Source of the DNA: Candidatus Latescibacterota bacterium
GTDB taxonomy: Bacteria > Latescibacterota > UBA2968
Reading direction: 5' to 3'
DNA: 64,000 bases
NCBI GenBank assembly: GCA_965222605.1
Contig: OZ244960.1
Location: 2,944,001 to 3,008,000 of the forward strand
In this document: in pieces, positions 39,174 through 49,023 of the stretch
Layout of the letters: each line of letters begins with the position of its first letter
Position numbering within the stretch: the first letter of the stretch is position 1
Made by a program: the position numbers and the translations under genes
The notes under the pieces: generated by a model
Database searches by the model: none
What the model saw: the letters and a program-made list of their open reading frames with translations, nothing else
What the model was told of the DNA's origin: nothing

Positions 39174-40425
39174 AAAGATCGGACACCGGAAAAGCCATAA
39201 CCTCGCCTATAGAAGAGGCACCTGTAAGAAGCATAATAAGACGATCCACCCCAAGCGCAATACCCCCCGAAGGTGGCATCCCATATTCGAGAGCCGAAAG
39301 AAAACACTCGTCAATGGGATAAACGGGATTCCCCTCACGCACGCGCTGGGCGGCTTCCTCTTCCAAACGCTGGCGTTGTTCATCCGGATCATTCAACTCT
39401 GTAAACGCATTGCACAACTCCACCCCCGCAATATAAACCTCAAAACGCTCGGCCAGATCTGGCGCGCTGGACTTGCGCCTGGCAAGAGCCGCCATCGGCG
39501 CGGGATAGTCGTATAGAATCGTCGGCTTTTGCGTACCCAGGTGTGGCTCAACCCTATCGAGAAACACCTTAAAAAACGCGACCTCCGGCGAATCATTCTT
39601 ATCAACCGTCAAATGTCCCGCCTGTCTGATAAAAGCAGCAGTATCCGAATACGGATCAGCAGCAATACCCGCATAGCGCAACATCGCATCCCGCACAGTA
39701 AGACGCTCCCACGGCGGCGTCAGATCAACCGCGCACTGATCCGTCCGCACAACAGGCTCTCCGTGTAAATTCGTTGCGAGTCCGGCAATCAGATATTCTG
39801 TATCCACCATAATATGGGTATAATCCGCGTACGCCCGATACCACTCCAGCATGGTAAACTCCGGCGTATGCATCCTGCCAACAGACTCGTGCCGAAACAC
39901 CTTGCAAATCTGGTATATCCGTTCAAACCCAGCCGCGAGCAGGCGTTTCATCGCATATTCAGGCGAAGTATGCAGATAAAACTGGCGCATCTCATACGTC
40001 GTCTGAAACGCCTCAAGATGCGGCTCCATACCCGGTTGCGGCACCATCAGAGGGGTATCAACCTCCACAAAACCCTTCTCATCAAAAAATCGGCGAATAC
40101 CCGCAATAATCCTGGCGCGCTTGCGCAAATTAGCCTGCACGCTCTGGAATAAAGACGCATCAGCATCACGAGAAGGCACCAGCACCCGCAGCCCTGTAGC
40201 ACAAAAAACATCGTCTTCAAAACAGCCCTCAACCTCCACAATATCCCCAACCCGTGCCTCGGCCGCAGTATTAAAACACAGGCACACCGTTCCCGTCTCA
40301 TCGGAAAGCACATCTCGACCTGCAAGCCGCCCGGCCACAACCGCAAACTCACCCGCCTGCAGTTCACAAATGCGATGCGTACGCTTACATCGTGCGGGAT
40401 AGTGAGAAGATGGATAATCGCGCAT
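39172..40425 (-). CDS. epmA: EF-P lysine aminoacylase (EpmA/GenX) with N-terminal extension
   Basis: EPHL..F, YLHTSPEYAMKRLLAAG, FR.E..GR.H.PEFTMLEWYR, A.RFE.Y..GVEL.N.F.EL, G.P...G.ALG.DRL. Confidence 0.85.
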   Translation of the reverse strand: MRDYPSSHYPARCKRTHRICELQAGEFAVVAGRLAGRDVLSDETGTVCLCFNTAAEARVGDIVEVEGCFEDDVFCATGLRVLVPSRDADASLFQSVQANLRKRARIIAGIRRFFDEKGFVEVDTPLMVPQPGMEPHLEAFQTTYEMRQFYLHTSPEYAMKRLLAAGFERIYQICKVFRHESVGRMHTPEFTMLEWYRAYADYTHIMVDTEYLIAGLATNLHGEPVVRTDQCAVDLTPPWERLTVRDAMLRYAGIAADPYSDTAAFIRQAGHLTVDKNDSPEVAFFKVFLDRVEPHLGTQKPTILYDYPAPMAALARRKSSAPDLAERFEVYIAGVELCNAFTELNDPDEQRQRLEEEAAQRVREGNPVYPIDECFLSALEYGMPPSGGIALGVDRLIMLLTGASSIGEVMAFPVSDL

Positions 40426-40533
40426 ATTGTCCTTAACTCATCAATTGACGGTGAAATACGATCTTATATATTACGTGTTATTGCCTCTTTAACACAAAAA
40501 ATTTAACTCTCCCTACAAACAAAAGGAAATCCC

Positions 40534-41379
40534 ATGCGCCCCTACATCTGTTGTCACAACCACATCGGACGAACCATTAACCGCGTACCCACCGTAGGAC
40601 AAAACACCCAAATGTGTTTATCCCGATTTGCCGAAACCGATATTCACGCAACCATATCAATGCCAACAGCCGTGGGAAGCCCAATCACGCGGGGAATTCG
40701 AGACATACGGGAACAAAACGAAGCGGTTGCCCGCGCGTGCAAAAAATTTCCAGACGTATTTCCCATTGGCATGGCACTCATCGAGCCGCGATTCGGAGAA
40801 CTCGGCATCGATGAAGCCGAAAAAGCCATGGACGACCTGGGCCTCGTCGGAATAGCCGGGCATCCCCCGATGAAAGAAGAAATCCTCCCCATGGTAGAAG
40901 TCGCAGCCGCGCGAAACGGACTGTGCAACCTGCACTGGCACGACAAATTAATGGACCACACCGCCCGAACCTTTTCGAATGCACAATTTATCGTACACGC
41001 CAGTACATGGGCCGCAGAAAACCTGTCACAACACGACAACATCTGGTTCGAAGTCGTGCAATATCCCGATGGACGGAATTCCACATGGGACTTCAAATGG
41101 TTTGCCGATAAAGTCGGGCGCGAGCGACTCATCTTTGGCGCAGACCTGCCGTATTACGACTACCGCTTTCTCCAGCGCGTAATTGAAGAAGCCGACTGCG
41201 ATGACGACTTGAAAGATCGAATCGCCTATCGAAATGTCATGACCCTGATCGAACACTACAAACCGGGCTGGACATTGCCGACGCACCCGCCTCAAGCACC
41301 CCGAATGTACGACCCGGAGCTACTCTGGGCGTGCAAACCAGATCAACCAGATCGGTTGATCGTGGATATCTTGCCCTAA
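40534..41379 (+). CDS. Amidohydrolase family protein (TIM barrel)
   Basis: CHNH, GHP, LHW, IVH, LIFGADLP. Confidence 0.75.
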   Translation: MRPYICCHNHIGRTINRVPTVGQNTQMCLSRFAETDIHATISMPTAVGSPITRGIRDIREQNEAVARACKKFPDVFPIGMALIEPRFGELGIDEAEKAMDDLGLVGIAGHPPMKEEILPMVEVAAARNGLCNLHWHDKLMDHTARTFSNAQFIVHASTWAAENLSQHDNIWFEVVQYPDGRNSTWDFKWFADKVGRERLIFGADLPYYDYRFLQRVIEEADCDDDLKDRIAYRNVMTLIEHYKPGWTLPTHPPQAPRMYDPELLWACKPDQPDRLIVDILP

Positions 41380-41388
41380 GGCACAAAA

Positions 41389-42768
41389 ATGACCGACAAA
41401 CGACCAAATATAATCGTATTTTTAACCGACGACCAGGGCTATGGCGACCTGGGAATCTACGGAAACCCGGACCTGGACACGCCCCACATCGACCGCATCG
41501 GGCGGGAAGGGCTATGCCTGAATCAGCACTACACCGCATCGCCAATATGCGCGCCTGCCCGGGCATCCTTTTTAACCGGCCGCTACAATCACCGCGTAGG
41601 CGCATTGAGCGTAGAGTCAAACCGCGGCCTGGACAGAATTGCACTGGAGGAATCCACAATCGCGGATTTATTCAAAGCAAACGGCTATGCAACGGGAATG
41701 GTGGGAAAATGGCACAACGGACTACACGACATGCGGTATCATCCGAATAACCGGGGATTCGATGAATTCGCGGGATTCTTGAACGGCGGAATGAATTACT
41801 GGAACTGGATCATCGAATACAACGGACAGCCGAAGTGGTCAGACGGCCGGTATCTGACAGACGTATTCACACAGGACGCCATCGAATTTATCAATCGGCA
41901 CAAAACACAGCCGTTTTTTCTCTACGTAGCCTACAACGCGCCACACGGACCACTCGAAGCGCCGGAAGAAGACGTCCAGCCCTTTGAAGAAATGGAAAAA
42001 TTCACCCGGGCCGTATGTCTCACCTACGGAATGATCCGGCGGATGGATACCGGAATCGGACAAATCCTGGATACACTCGAACAACACGACCTGGCGGAAA
42101 ATACAATAGTACTTTACACCAGCGACAACGGACCTACTTACCTCGGCAAAGGAGAAAACGACCAGACGCGCTACAACGGACCGTTTCGGGGAATGAAATA
42201 CGATGTGCTCGAAGGGGGAATCCGCGTACCGGGCCTGATCCGCTGGCCCGCGGGCTTGCCGCAGGGCAAGACCTATGACGGAATGCTGCACTTTACAGAC
42301 TGGATGCCCACGCTATTGCACGCCTGCGGAATTGATACGCAGCCGCCCTCAGACGGAATGGATGTCATGTCCGCATTACAGGGAGAACCCGAGAAACTCC
42401 CGACCAAACGTTTCTGGCAATTCAACCGCTATGACCCCGTCGGCACATGCAATGCAGCGATGCGAGACGGGGAATGGAAGCTCTACTGGCCCCGCATTGA
42501 AGAAGCCATGCAAAAAATGAAATCGGACAATCCGCCATACCAGAAAAATCACGAAGTCCCGCATTTTCTGATGAACGTGGAAAATCCACCCGTGGAACGA
42601 ACACTATCACCGCCCGGTGACCCGGAACTTTACAATATTGAAAACGACCCGCACGAAAACATCAACCTCGCGCGACAACAGACAGACCGCGTACATCGCA
42701 TGAAACGCGAACTGGAAACGTGGTTTGAAGCCATAGAAGCAGATCGGCGAAGCATCGCACCTTTATGA
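41389..42768 (+). CDS. Arylsulfatase (Cys-type)
   Basis: PNII..LTDDQGYGD, CAPAR, GKWH, SDNG, EGGIRVP. Confidence 0.94.
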   Translation: MTDKRPNIIVFLTDDQGYGDLGIYGNPDLDTPHIDRIGREGLCLNQHYTASPICAPARASFLTGRYNHRVGALSVESNRGLDRIALEESTIADLFKANGYATGMVGKWHNGLHDMRYHPNNRGFDEFAGFLNGGMNYWNWIIEYNGQPKWSDGRYLTDVFTQDAIEFINRHKTQPFFLYVAYNAPHGPLEAPEEDVQPFEEMEKFTRAVCLTYGMIRRMDTGIGQILDTLEQHDLAENTIVLYTSDNGPTYLGKGENDQTRYNGPFRGMKYDVLEGGIRVPGLIRWPAGLPQGKTYDGMLHFTDWMPTLLHACGIDTQPPSDGMDVMSALQGEPEKLPTKRFWQFNRYDPVGTCNAAMRDGEWKLYWPRIEEAMQKMKSDNPPYQKNHEVPHFLMNVENPPVERTLSPPGDPELYNIENDPHENINLARQQTDRVHRMKRELETWFEAIEADRRSIAPL

Positions 42769-42797
42769 TGTCACAGATAACACGCCAATGAGCCGCC

Positions 42798-43535
42798 CTA
42801 TTCAACCGCAAACAACCGGTTGCGCGCTGGCAGACTGACGATCTTCGAGAAGTGGTAGATCTGCAAATCGGGGTGGTCGGGATCGACCGTGGTGGGCACT
42901 TCGATCACGAAATCGGCGAAGTCAGGCGCATTAAAGGCCACGAAGGCCAGCGCCAGGCAGTCGATGAGTCGCTCGGGACGCACCGAAAGGTCCGGAAAAG
43001 CGATCGGACCGGTATCGACTTGGTAGCGGTCGTCGTCACGGCGGGTGTTCATCGTCTTAACCGGGCATTCAATCAGTGCCCGAAGGCCGGTATCGTCGTT
43101 GCGGATCTCGGTCTGCGAGACCAGCGGCGCGAACCGGTACGTCTCCTCGCGGATCGCCGCGTTCGTCGGCAACTCGCGAATCGTCGAGCCTTCGACAAGG
43201 TGCAGGTCATAACCGCCGAACATCTCCGTGTACGGTCGCGTTTCCCGGTAGCGGTCGCTGAGATAGGCATGACGCCTGAAGATGAGACAGTACTCGGCAC
43301 TAAAGATCGGCAGGAAATCGTAATTGTCCCGCTGAAACAGATCCTTCTCGTGAAAGGTATTCTCGCTCTTGCATGAGCCTGTCTGGTAGAAATCTTCACA
43401 GATCCCCCGCCTGTCGTCAATGACGCGGGTGCGCGATTCAATCCAGAAGCGTGCCTCATTGGCGTGCCCCTTCCCGATCAGGAACGAGCGCCCGTAATCC
43501 AGCGGGGTCATGGCGGTTTGTGTATAGTCACTCAT
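42798..43535 (-). CDS. Hypothetical protein
   Basis: Long ORF with RBS GAGG; no motif recognised. Confidence 0.7.
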   Translation of the reverse strand: MSDYTQTAMTPLDYGRSFLIGKGHANEARFWIESRTRVIDDRRGICEDFYQTGSCKSENTFHEKDLFQRDNYDFLPIFSAEYCLIFRRHAYLSDRYRETRPYTEMFGGYDLHLVEGSTIRELPTNAAIREETYRFAPLVSQTEIRNDDTGLRALIECPVKTMNTRRDDDRYQVDTGPIAFPDLSVRPERLIDCLALAFVAFNAPDFADFVIEVPTTVDPDHPDLQIYHFSKIVSLPARNRLFAVE

Positions 43536-43772
43536 AACGAATCTTCCCTCCTCTCGGTACAAACCTCAAGTTAAACTTGAAATCTGTACCGATTTTCTTA
43601 TTTTACCCTTGAGTTGCATCAACGCGGGAAATCTCACACCCGAACTGTCCCATGCCAGCGTACTGCATTTTACCGATGTGGATAACGTCTTCAGGTAAAC
43701 AGATGTGACCTGCTGAACCTGTTATTTCTTCCAAACAAGCGGCTTATATTCACAAACAAGGAGCAATGGAAA

Positions 43773-45701
43773 ATGAAAAAAGACCCTTATGCCGATCTGA
43801 CCTGGGAAGACCTTGAAGACTGGGCGGGTACTACAATCGTCAGCAGGGGACGCACCTACCAGCGCAACAATAGCGTTTCTGATTTGGGATTCACACCCGA
43901 AGGCGCACTCATCGCCTATGTGCTGGGCAGCGCGCGCTATGTTACGCAAGTGGCAATCCAGGAAGGGGACTTGACATCCGAGTGTACCTGTCCTTACTGG
44001 ACAAATTGCAAACACGCGGTTGCCGTGGTATTGGAATACCTGATGTGCTTAAAGAACGATGTTGCAGTACCAGAAATCCTGCAAACAGACGCCCGCCTGG
44101 ACACGCTGCAAGAAACAGAGACAACCGCAGAAGAATATTGGAATCCCGAATTGGGTATGTCGGCAGATGTAGAAGAACAATTAGAGGTCGAACAACAGCA
44201 GAATACCGGATCCCTTTTGGCCTACCTGAAAAAACAGACCAACGCACAACTCATAGAACTGCTCAACGAACTCACCAAAGCCTTTCCCGATGTGAGAGAA
44301 TTTCTGGAGGATCGCCGAAAGGTTCGCAGTGGCAATGCCAGCACGCTACTCAAAGCGATCAGAAAGGAAATAGCGGACATAAGAGAAGAACCCGACTGGG
44401 ATGAATATGAGCGGGAATATCAGCCTGTAAGTTTCAACCGTTTAAAAACATATCTTCAGGCACTTCTTCTGGCGGGCCAGGCCGACGAGGCCATTCCCCT
44501 GGGCAAAGAATTGATCAACGCCGTCAATTTCGCGCTTGAAACCTACGATATCGAAGGAGACATAATTGATGAAGTCCCAGCCTGCATGGAATTTGTGATT
44601 CAGGCTCTACCAGCGTCCTCGCTGTCTTCGTACGAAAAATTGGCATGGGCGGTGGACATGGACCTGGGCGACAGCTACGAACTGTGTTATGACGTGCTGG
44701 AAAATATTTGGAATAATGCAAATAAGAAATCCGACTGGCATGCATTGGCCGACGAATTGCAAAAACGCCTGAATGCCATTCGGTCAGATAATGACCTCCG
44801 ACGCCAAGTGACCGGATGGCTCATCGCTGCACTCGAGCAAACCGGGCGCGAAGATGAAATCATCCCTCTGCGCGAGCGCGAGGCCGAAATCACTGGCGAA
44901 TATACACAGCTGATAGACCTCCTGATTGGTGAAAAACACTATGAAGAAGCCAAAAACTGGTGCCAGAAAGCCATTACAAACACAGACCCCAATCATTTGG
45001 GTAATATCTCAGATATTGAGGACCGGTTGCGTACCATTCAAGAAAAAACTGGTGACTATCTCAGTGCTGCGGCCTTTTATGCGGATGACTTTTTCTCTAA
45101 TCCTTCGCTGCATACTTTTCAAGAATTGTGCAAATCTGCACAAAAGGCCAAAGTGGGACCAGCCGTCGAAGCATGGGCGCGCTATTTTCTGGAAACTGGA
45201 CACTTACCTCGAACAAAGGGCAGAAAGCGAAAAGGGGAACCCAATGACAAATGGCCTTTACCAAAGACGGAATTTGAAAAAGACATTCACCCTTCAGAAG
45301 TTCCCATGATCCATCTCCTGATCGAACTTGCCATCGCAGAGAAAAAGCCAACAGAGGTTTTGAAGTGGTACGATATAAAACCATCCACAATAGGCTACTC
45401 ATGGGGCTATATGTACACATCATCGCTCGACGTAGCCCAGGCCATTAAAGAAAAATATCCAGACCGCGCCATAGCGATCTGGAAAGAACTGGCCGAGTCT
45501 GAGATCAGCCGCGTTGAAGTTTCCGGTTATCAGAAAGCCGGTACCTATCTCCGCGAGGTGCGAGACACATTAAAGCGTCTCAACAGGGAAAAAGAATGGG
45601 AAGCGTATTTGAGCGAACTGAGAAACGAAAACAAAAGAAGACCGCGCTGTCTGGAAGTCCTGGATGGTTTGGCAGGCAAGCGCATCATCGATAGGGAATA
45701 G
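43773..45701 (+). CDS. SWIM zinc-finger protein with helical repeats
   Basis: RGR.Y, V.GS..Y, CTCPY...CKHAVAV. Confidence 0.85.
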   Translation: MKKDPYADLTWEDLEDWAGTTIVSRGRTYQRNNSVSDLGFTPEGALIAYVLGSARYVTQVAIQEGDLTSECTCPYWTNCKHAVAVVLEYLMCLKNDVAVPEILQTDARLDTLQETETTAEEYWNPELGMSADVEEQLEVEQQQNTGSLLAYLKKQTNAQLIELLNELTKAFPDVREFLEDRRKVRSGNASTLLKAIRKEIADIREEPDWDEYEREYQPVSFNRLKTYLQALLLAGQADEAIPLGKELINAVNFALETYDIEGDIIDEVPACMEFVIQALPASSLSSYEKLAWAVDMDLGDSYELCYDVLENIWNNANKKSDWHALADELQKRLNAIRSDNDLRRQVTGWLIAALEQTGREDEIIPLREREAEITGEYTQLIDLLIGEKHYEEAKNWCQKAITNTDPNHLGNISDIEDRLRTIQEKTGDYLSAAAFYADDFFSNPSLHTFQELCKSAQKAKVGPAVEAWARYFLETGHLPRTKGRKRKGEPNDKWPLPKTEFEKDIHPSEVPMIHLLIELAIAEKKPTEVLKWYDIKPSTIGYSWGYMYTSSLDVAQAIKEKYPDRAIAIWKELAESEISRVEVSGYQKAGTYLREVRDTLKRLNREKEWEAYLSELRNENKRRPRCLEVLDGLAGKRIIDRE

Positions 45702-45810
45702 GTTATGTTTGAATCGCAGTTATTCGCGTGTGGGGGCTTTCTTTTTTTACTACTGCACTTAAAATCATTGTCAACAGATTTGTTGAAGCAGCTAAAAACA
45801 ACCAAACCTT

Positions 45811-45881
45811 CTGGATCGCGGCTTAAAGCATGCCGCGATGACGAGTGCCTTTAACGTCTCACATTTTACGTCTTACGTCTC
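45811..45881. repeat. CTGGA..TGAC palindromic repeat followed by 7-bp tandem units
   Basis: CTGGATCGCGGC-N9-GCCGCGATGAC (45811-45842); ACGTCTC ACATTTT ACGTCTT ACGTCTC (45854-45881). Confidence 0.75.
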
Positions 45882-45890
45882 ACCTGCTCC

Positions 45891-46880
45891 TCACTTCAAA
45901 AACCCCTGAACCCGCGGGTGATCGAGCACATCGATATTCAGCACATCCCTGGGCGGGCGACCTTCGAGCGCGTCGATAATTTGCTCGACACAACATTCGT
46001 CAAGTCGAATCGCGGATTCAACGGAAATGCCCGCGTTGTGATTGGTACAAATGATGCGGGGGTGGTCTTTGTGAATCGCGCGGGTCTGATTGACGGGATC
46101 ATCGACGAGATAATAATAGAGCCGCTCTTCTTTAATCGCACGGTTCACCGCTTCGTCATCCACCAGATTGCCGCGCGAGGGATTAATCAACGAAGCGTGT
46201 GGTTTCATCGCACAAAGCAAATCGTAGGTCACAACGGTATCATCGCCTGAAAGATGGAGAGAAATCGCATCGCACGTCTCGAAAAGAGCGCGGGGATCAT
46301 CCACCACCTCGGCATTGTATTGCGCGGCGACCTCGACAATATCGGGACGGATATCATAGACGAGCAAGCGTCCTGAATCGCCCAGAAGCGGACGCGCGCG
46401 TTCGGCCATCGCCTGACCGATCCGCCCAAGCCCCCAAATGCCCAGAGTAGAGCCTTCCGTGTCATAAGTCTTGATAATCTCAAAATTCCCCGCATGGCTA
46501 TTTCGGTTCAAAGTATAAACGCGTTTCAGCGCAGCCATCCACTGCGCGATTGCAAATTCGGCGACTGTGGCCATATGCACAGGGGCAACCGTGACGATAA
46601 CACCGCAATCGGTTGCGCGCGGCACATCGACCTTTTCAAAACCCACACCCCAGCGAGCAACAATGCGCAAATCGCGCGCAGTGGCGTAAAACTCGGGCGA
46701 GAACACAACCGAATCCGCCAAAACACCCACCACACCCTCGGCGTGTTCGGCACCAAATTCGGACGCAGCGTAAAATTCCACCTCGGCGTATTCGCGCAAC
46801 CTGTCAATCGCCTTTGTCCGCTCCTCAGATTCAAACTCGGGACCCTGCAATTTATCTGTAATGAGAATTTTTTGAGCCAT
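45891..46880 (-). CDS. D-isomer-specific 2-hydroxyacid dehydrogenase
   Basis: ARWGVG.E.VD, TVAE, GIWGLGRIG, LINPSRG.LVD, H.AG. Confidence 0.88.
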   Translation of the reverse strand: MAQKILITDKLQGPEFESEERTKAIDRLREYAEVEFYAASEFGAEHAEGVVGVLADSVVFSPEFYATARDLRIVARWGVGFEKVDVPRATDCGVIVTVAPVHMATVAEFAIAQWMAALKRVYTLNRNSHAGNFEIIKTYDTEGSTLGIWGLGRIGQAMAERARPLLGDSGRLLVYDIRPDIVEVAAQYNAEVVDDPRALFETCDAISLHLSGDDTVVTYDLLCAMKPHASLINPSRGNLVDDEAVNRAIKEERLYYYLVDDPVNQTRAIHKDHPRIICTNHNAGISVESAIRLDECCVEQIIDALEGRPPRDVLNIDVLDHPRVQGFLK

Positions 46881-46994
46881 ATCTCCCTCTGAAATTCGTT
46901 AATGAACTGCTGTCTTCTTCTCGCCTTTCATCTGCGTAAAACGCTCAGATTATTCGCGTTTTTTCTGCGCCATCTGCGGATACTTTTGATTTCC

Positions 46995-47885
46995 TTATTC
47001 AATCAGCGGCAACAACGTCTCAGCGGTTTTCTTCACGAGAAAAGTGTAAAATTCTTCACTCAACAGACTGCTCCCGTGATCCTGAATAAACTTGAGTTCC
47101 TCGGGTGTAATATCAACGGGATTGGTCTCAACCGCATTGGGATATTCATTGGTAGGAGTTCGATCAATCGGCGCGACAAATTCCACCGTGAGCGCATCGT
47201 CATAACCCACATCTTTGAGCGTCGCGATCAATTTTGCCCAATCCCAGTTCCCCAGACCACATGCCATGCGATTGTTATCCGCCACATGAAAATCCACGAG
47301 CCTGTCCCCAGCATCTCGGATAGCTTGATACGGGTCTGCTTCTTCGATATTGATATGAAAAGCATCTAAACACACGCCGCAATTCGCACCGGTCGCCTCT
47401 GCCAGAGCAAGTGCCTGAGCACCTCGGGTAATAAAATAAGTCTCAAACCGATTGATGGGTTCAATAGCGAGGCGAACCCCCTCTCTCTCGGAATGATCGT
47501 AAACCTCCTGCATGCCGGCCACAGCCCATTGCCATTCTTCATCTGGCGTGGCATCCGGTCCAATTTTTCCCACAGTAGCTGGCACCACCGTCAGCTCACA
47601 CCCATTGAGTTCTTTAACCATCGTAACACAGTCCTTGACGTACTGCACGGATTGTGCCCGAATCCCCGCATCTTTTGCGAGCATATTGCGGTCACCCATC
47701 ATCAACGTCACCGCCCCCCAGCAACGGATATTGTACTCATTGAGCAAAGCGCGCACTTCTCTGGTGTCATACCGCTCGGGTTCACCGCTAAGCTCGATAC
47801 TTTCGTAGCCAAATTTTGCCAACCTCTCAAGCGTGGCTTCAAGAGACTCCGAGCGCATCCAATTGTGCATAGATAAGTGCATCAA
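46995..47885 (-). CDS. Sugar phosphate isomerase/epimerase (ketose 3-epimerase-like)
   Basis: IEPINRFETY, LD.FH.NIEE, H.ADNNR..G.G, TVE. Confidence 0.88.
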   Translation of the reverse strand: MMHLSMHNWMRSESLEATLERLAKFGYESIELSGEPERYDTREVRALLNEYNIRCWGAVTLMMGDRNMLAKDAGIRAQSVQYVKDCVTMVKELNGCELTVVPATVGKIGPDATPDEEWQWAVAGMQEVYDHSEREGVRLAIEPINRFETYFITRGAQALALAEATGANCGVCLDAFHINIEEADPYQAIRDAGDRLVDFHVADNNRMACGLGNWDWAKLIATLKDVGYDDALTVEFVAPIDRTPTNEYPNAVETNPVDITPEELKFIQDHGSSLLSEEFYTFLVKKTAETLLPLIE

Positions 47886-48703
47886 TAACCTCCCGGAACA
47901 ATAAGATCCGGCGTATTTTCAACGCGCCCCCACCAGAGAGAGATATCAAAAGTAGGATCTCCAGTGAGAAAACGCCAGAACTTAATGCGATTCATAAGTT
48001 CAATACGGTGGCGTTGCCCGTGCCAGGGAATCTTCTGGTTGAGTGCTTGTTTAACCTCAGGGCTATCGAGATCATCGGTATTCCACAGGCGCTGTTGGCG
48101 AACCGTGGGATTGAGGCGGAGCTTAAACATATACCGATCTCTATCGGTAAAATTGCTCCGCGCCGAATGCCATATATTGGTATGCCAGAAAAACATCGTC
48201 CCCGCTTCGCAGACCGCCTGCACCTGCCCTATGATATTTTGATAGCGTTTGATTTCGGCTTCGTGAACCCGACGAAATTGCGTACCCGGCACAAAAAGCG
48301 TACCGCCGCTTTCGAGCGGTGTGTCTTCTGGGAAAAAGGAAATCTGAATATCGAAATGCAAATCGCGAACATCGTATTCCGCATCCTGATGCAAATTGGC
48401 ACCCTTGCGCGTATTTGCCGGCGTGAGATGCGCCGCGTGATGATCGTATCGCGGATTGGGGCCCACCAGACTGTGAATAATCGCTGCCACTTTGGGCAGG
48501 CGAAAAACCTTGCCAATGGCTTCATCGGGCCAAACCTCGTTAAAAGACGCGCCCATCGGAGCGCGGCGTCTAATCTTGCCGGTGCTCATCTCATCATGTG
48601 TAGCTTCGCAAAGTTCCCGCGGCACCAGATTGTCAAAACGCAGAAAACCCGTGCTTGCGAACTGGGCCATTTCTACGGACGTGAGCAAAAGATTCTTATT
48701 CAT
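47882..48703 (-). CDS. Phytanoyl-CoA dioxygenase (PhyH) family Fe/2OG oxygenase
   Basis: LHQD, GGT..VPG, AG....H..IWH, R.M. Confidence 0.85.
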   Translation of the reverse strand: MNKNLLLTSVEMAQFASTGFLRFDNLVPRELCEATHDEMSTGKIRRRAPMGASFNEVWPDEAIGKVFRLPKVAAIIHSLVGPNPRYDHHAAHLTPANTRKGANLHQDAEYDVRDLHFDIQISFFPEDTPLESGGTLFVPGTQFRRVHEAEIKRYQNIIGQVQAVCEAGTMFFWHTNIWHSARSNFTDRDRYMFKLRLNPTVRQQRLWNTDDLDSPEVKQALNQKIPWHGQRHRIELMNRIKFWRFLTGDPTFDISLWWGRVENTPDLIVPGGY

Positions 48704-48986
48704 TTATCGCCTCCATTTTTTCCAGGACAAATTCAAAATCGAGATAGTCGTTTTCGTATTCGCGCCCAACTTCCGGTGTTTTCAGAAAAGGCACTTGAAT
48801 AACGCGCCAGCCATCGCGCATGGCATCCAGCACAGAGTTATAAGGCGGCTCGGCATCTTCACCCGCGGCTTCAAACATCTCATCAGTAGTCCCATCGTAA
48901 TACGACCAACCAACAACTTCGCTCTCCAAACTGGAATTGCCGAGATAGAGAAAGAGTAACTTTTGTCTCAGTTGTGTTTCAGGCAT
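48696..48986 (-). CDS. Small hypothetical protein coupled to the PhyH gene
   Basis: PY.SVL.AM.DGWRVIQ...EFVLEK; overlaps the PhyH start. Confidence 0.7.
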   Translation of the reverse strand: MPETQLRQKLLFLYLGNSSLESEVVGWSYYDGTTDEMFEAAGEDAEPPYNSVLDAMRDGWRVIQVPFLKTPEVGREYENDYLDFEFVLEKMEAINE

Positions 48987-49023
48987 TCGCGGATTCCTTA
49001 TAAGAATTATGCACACCCCTCAT

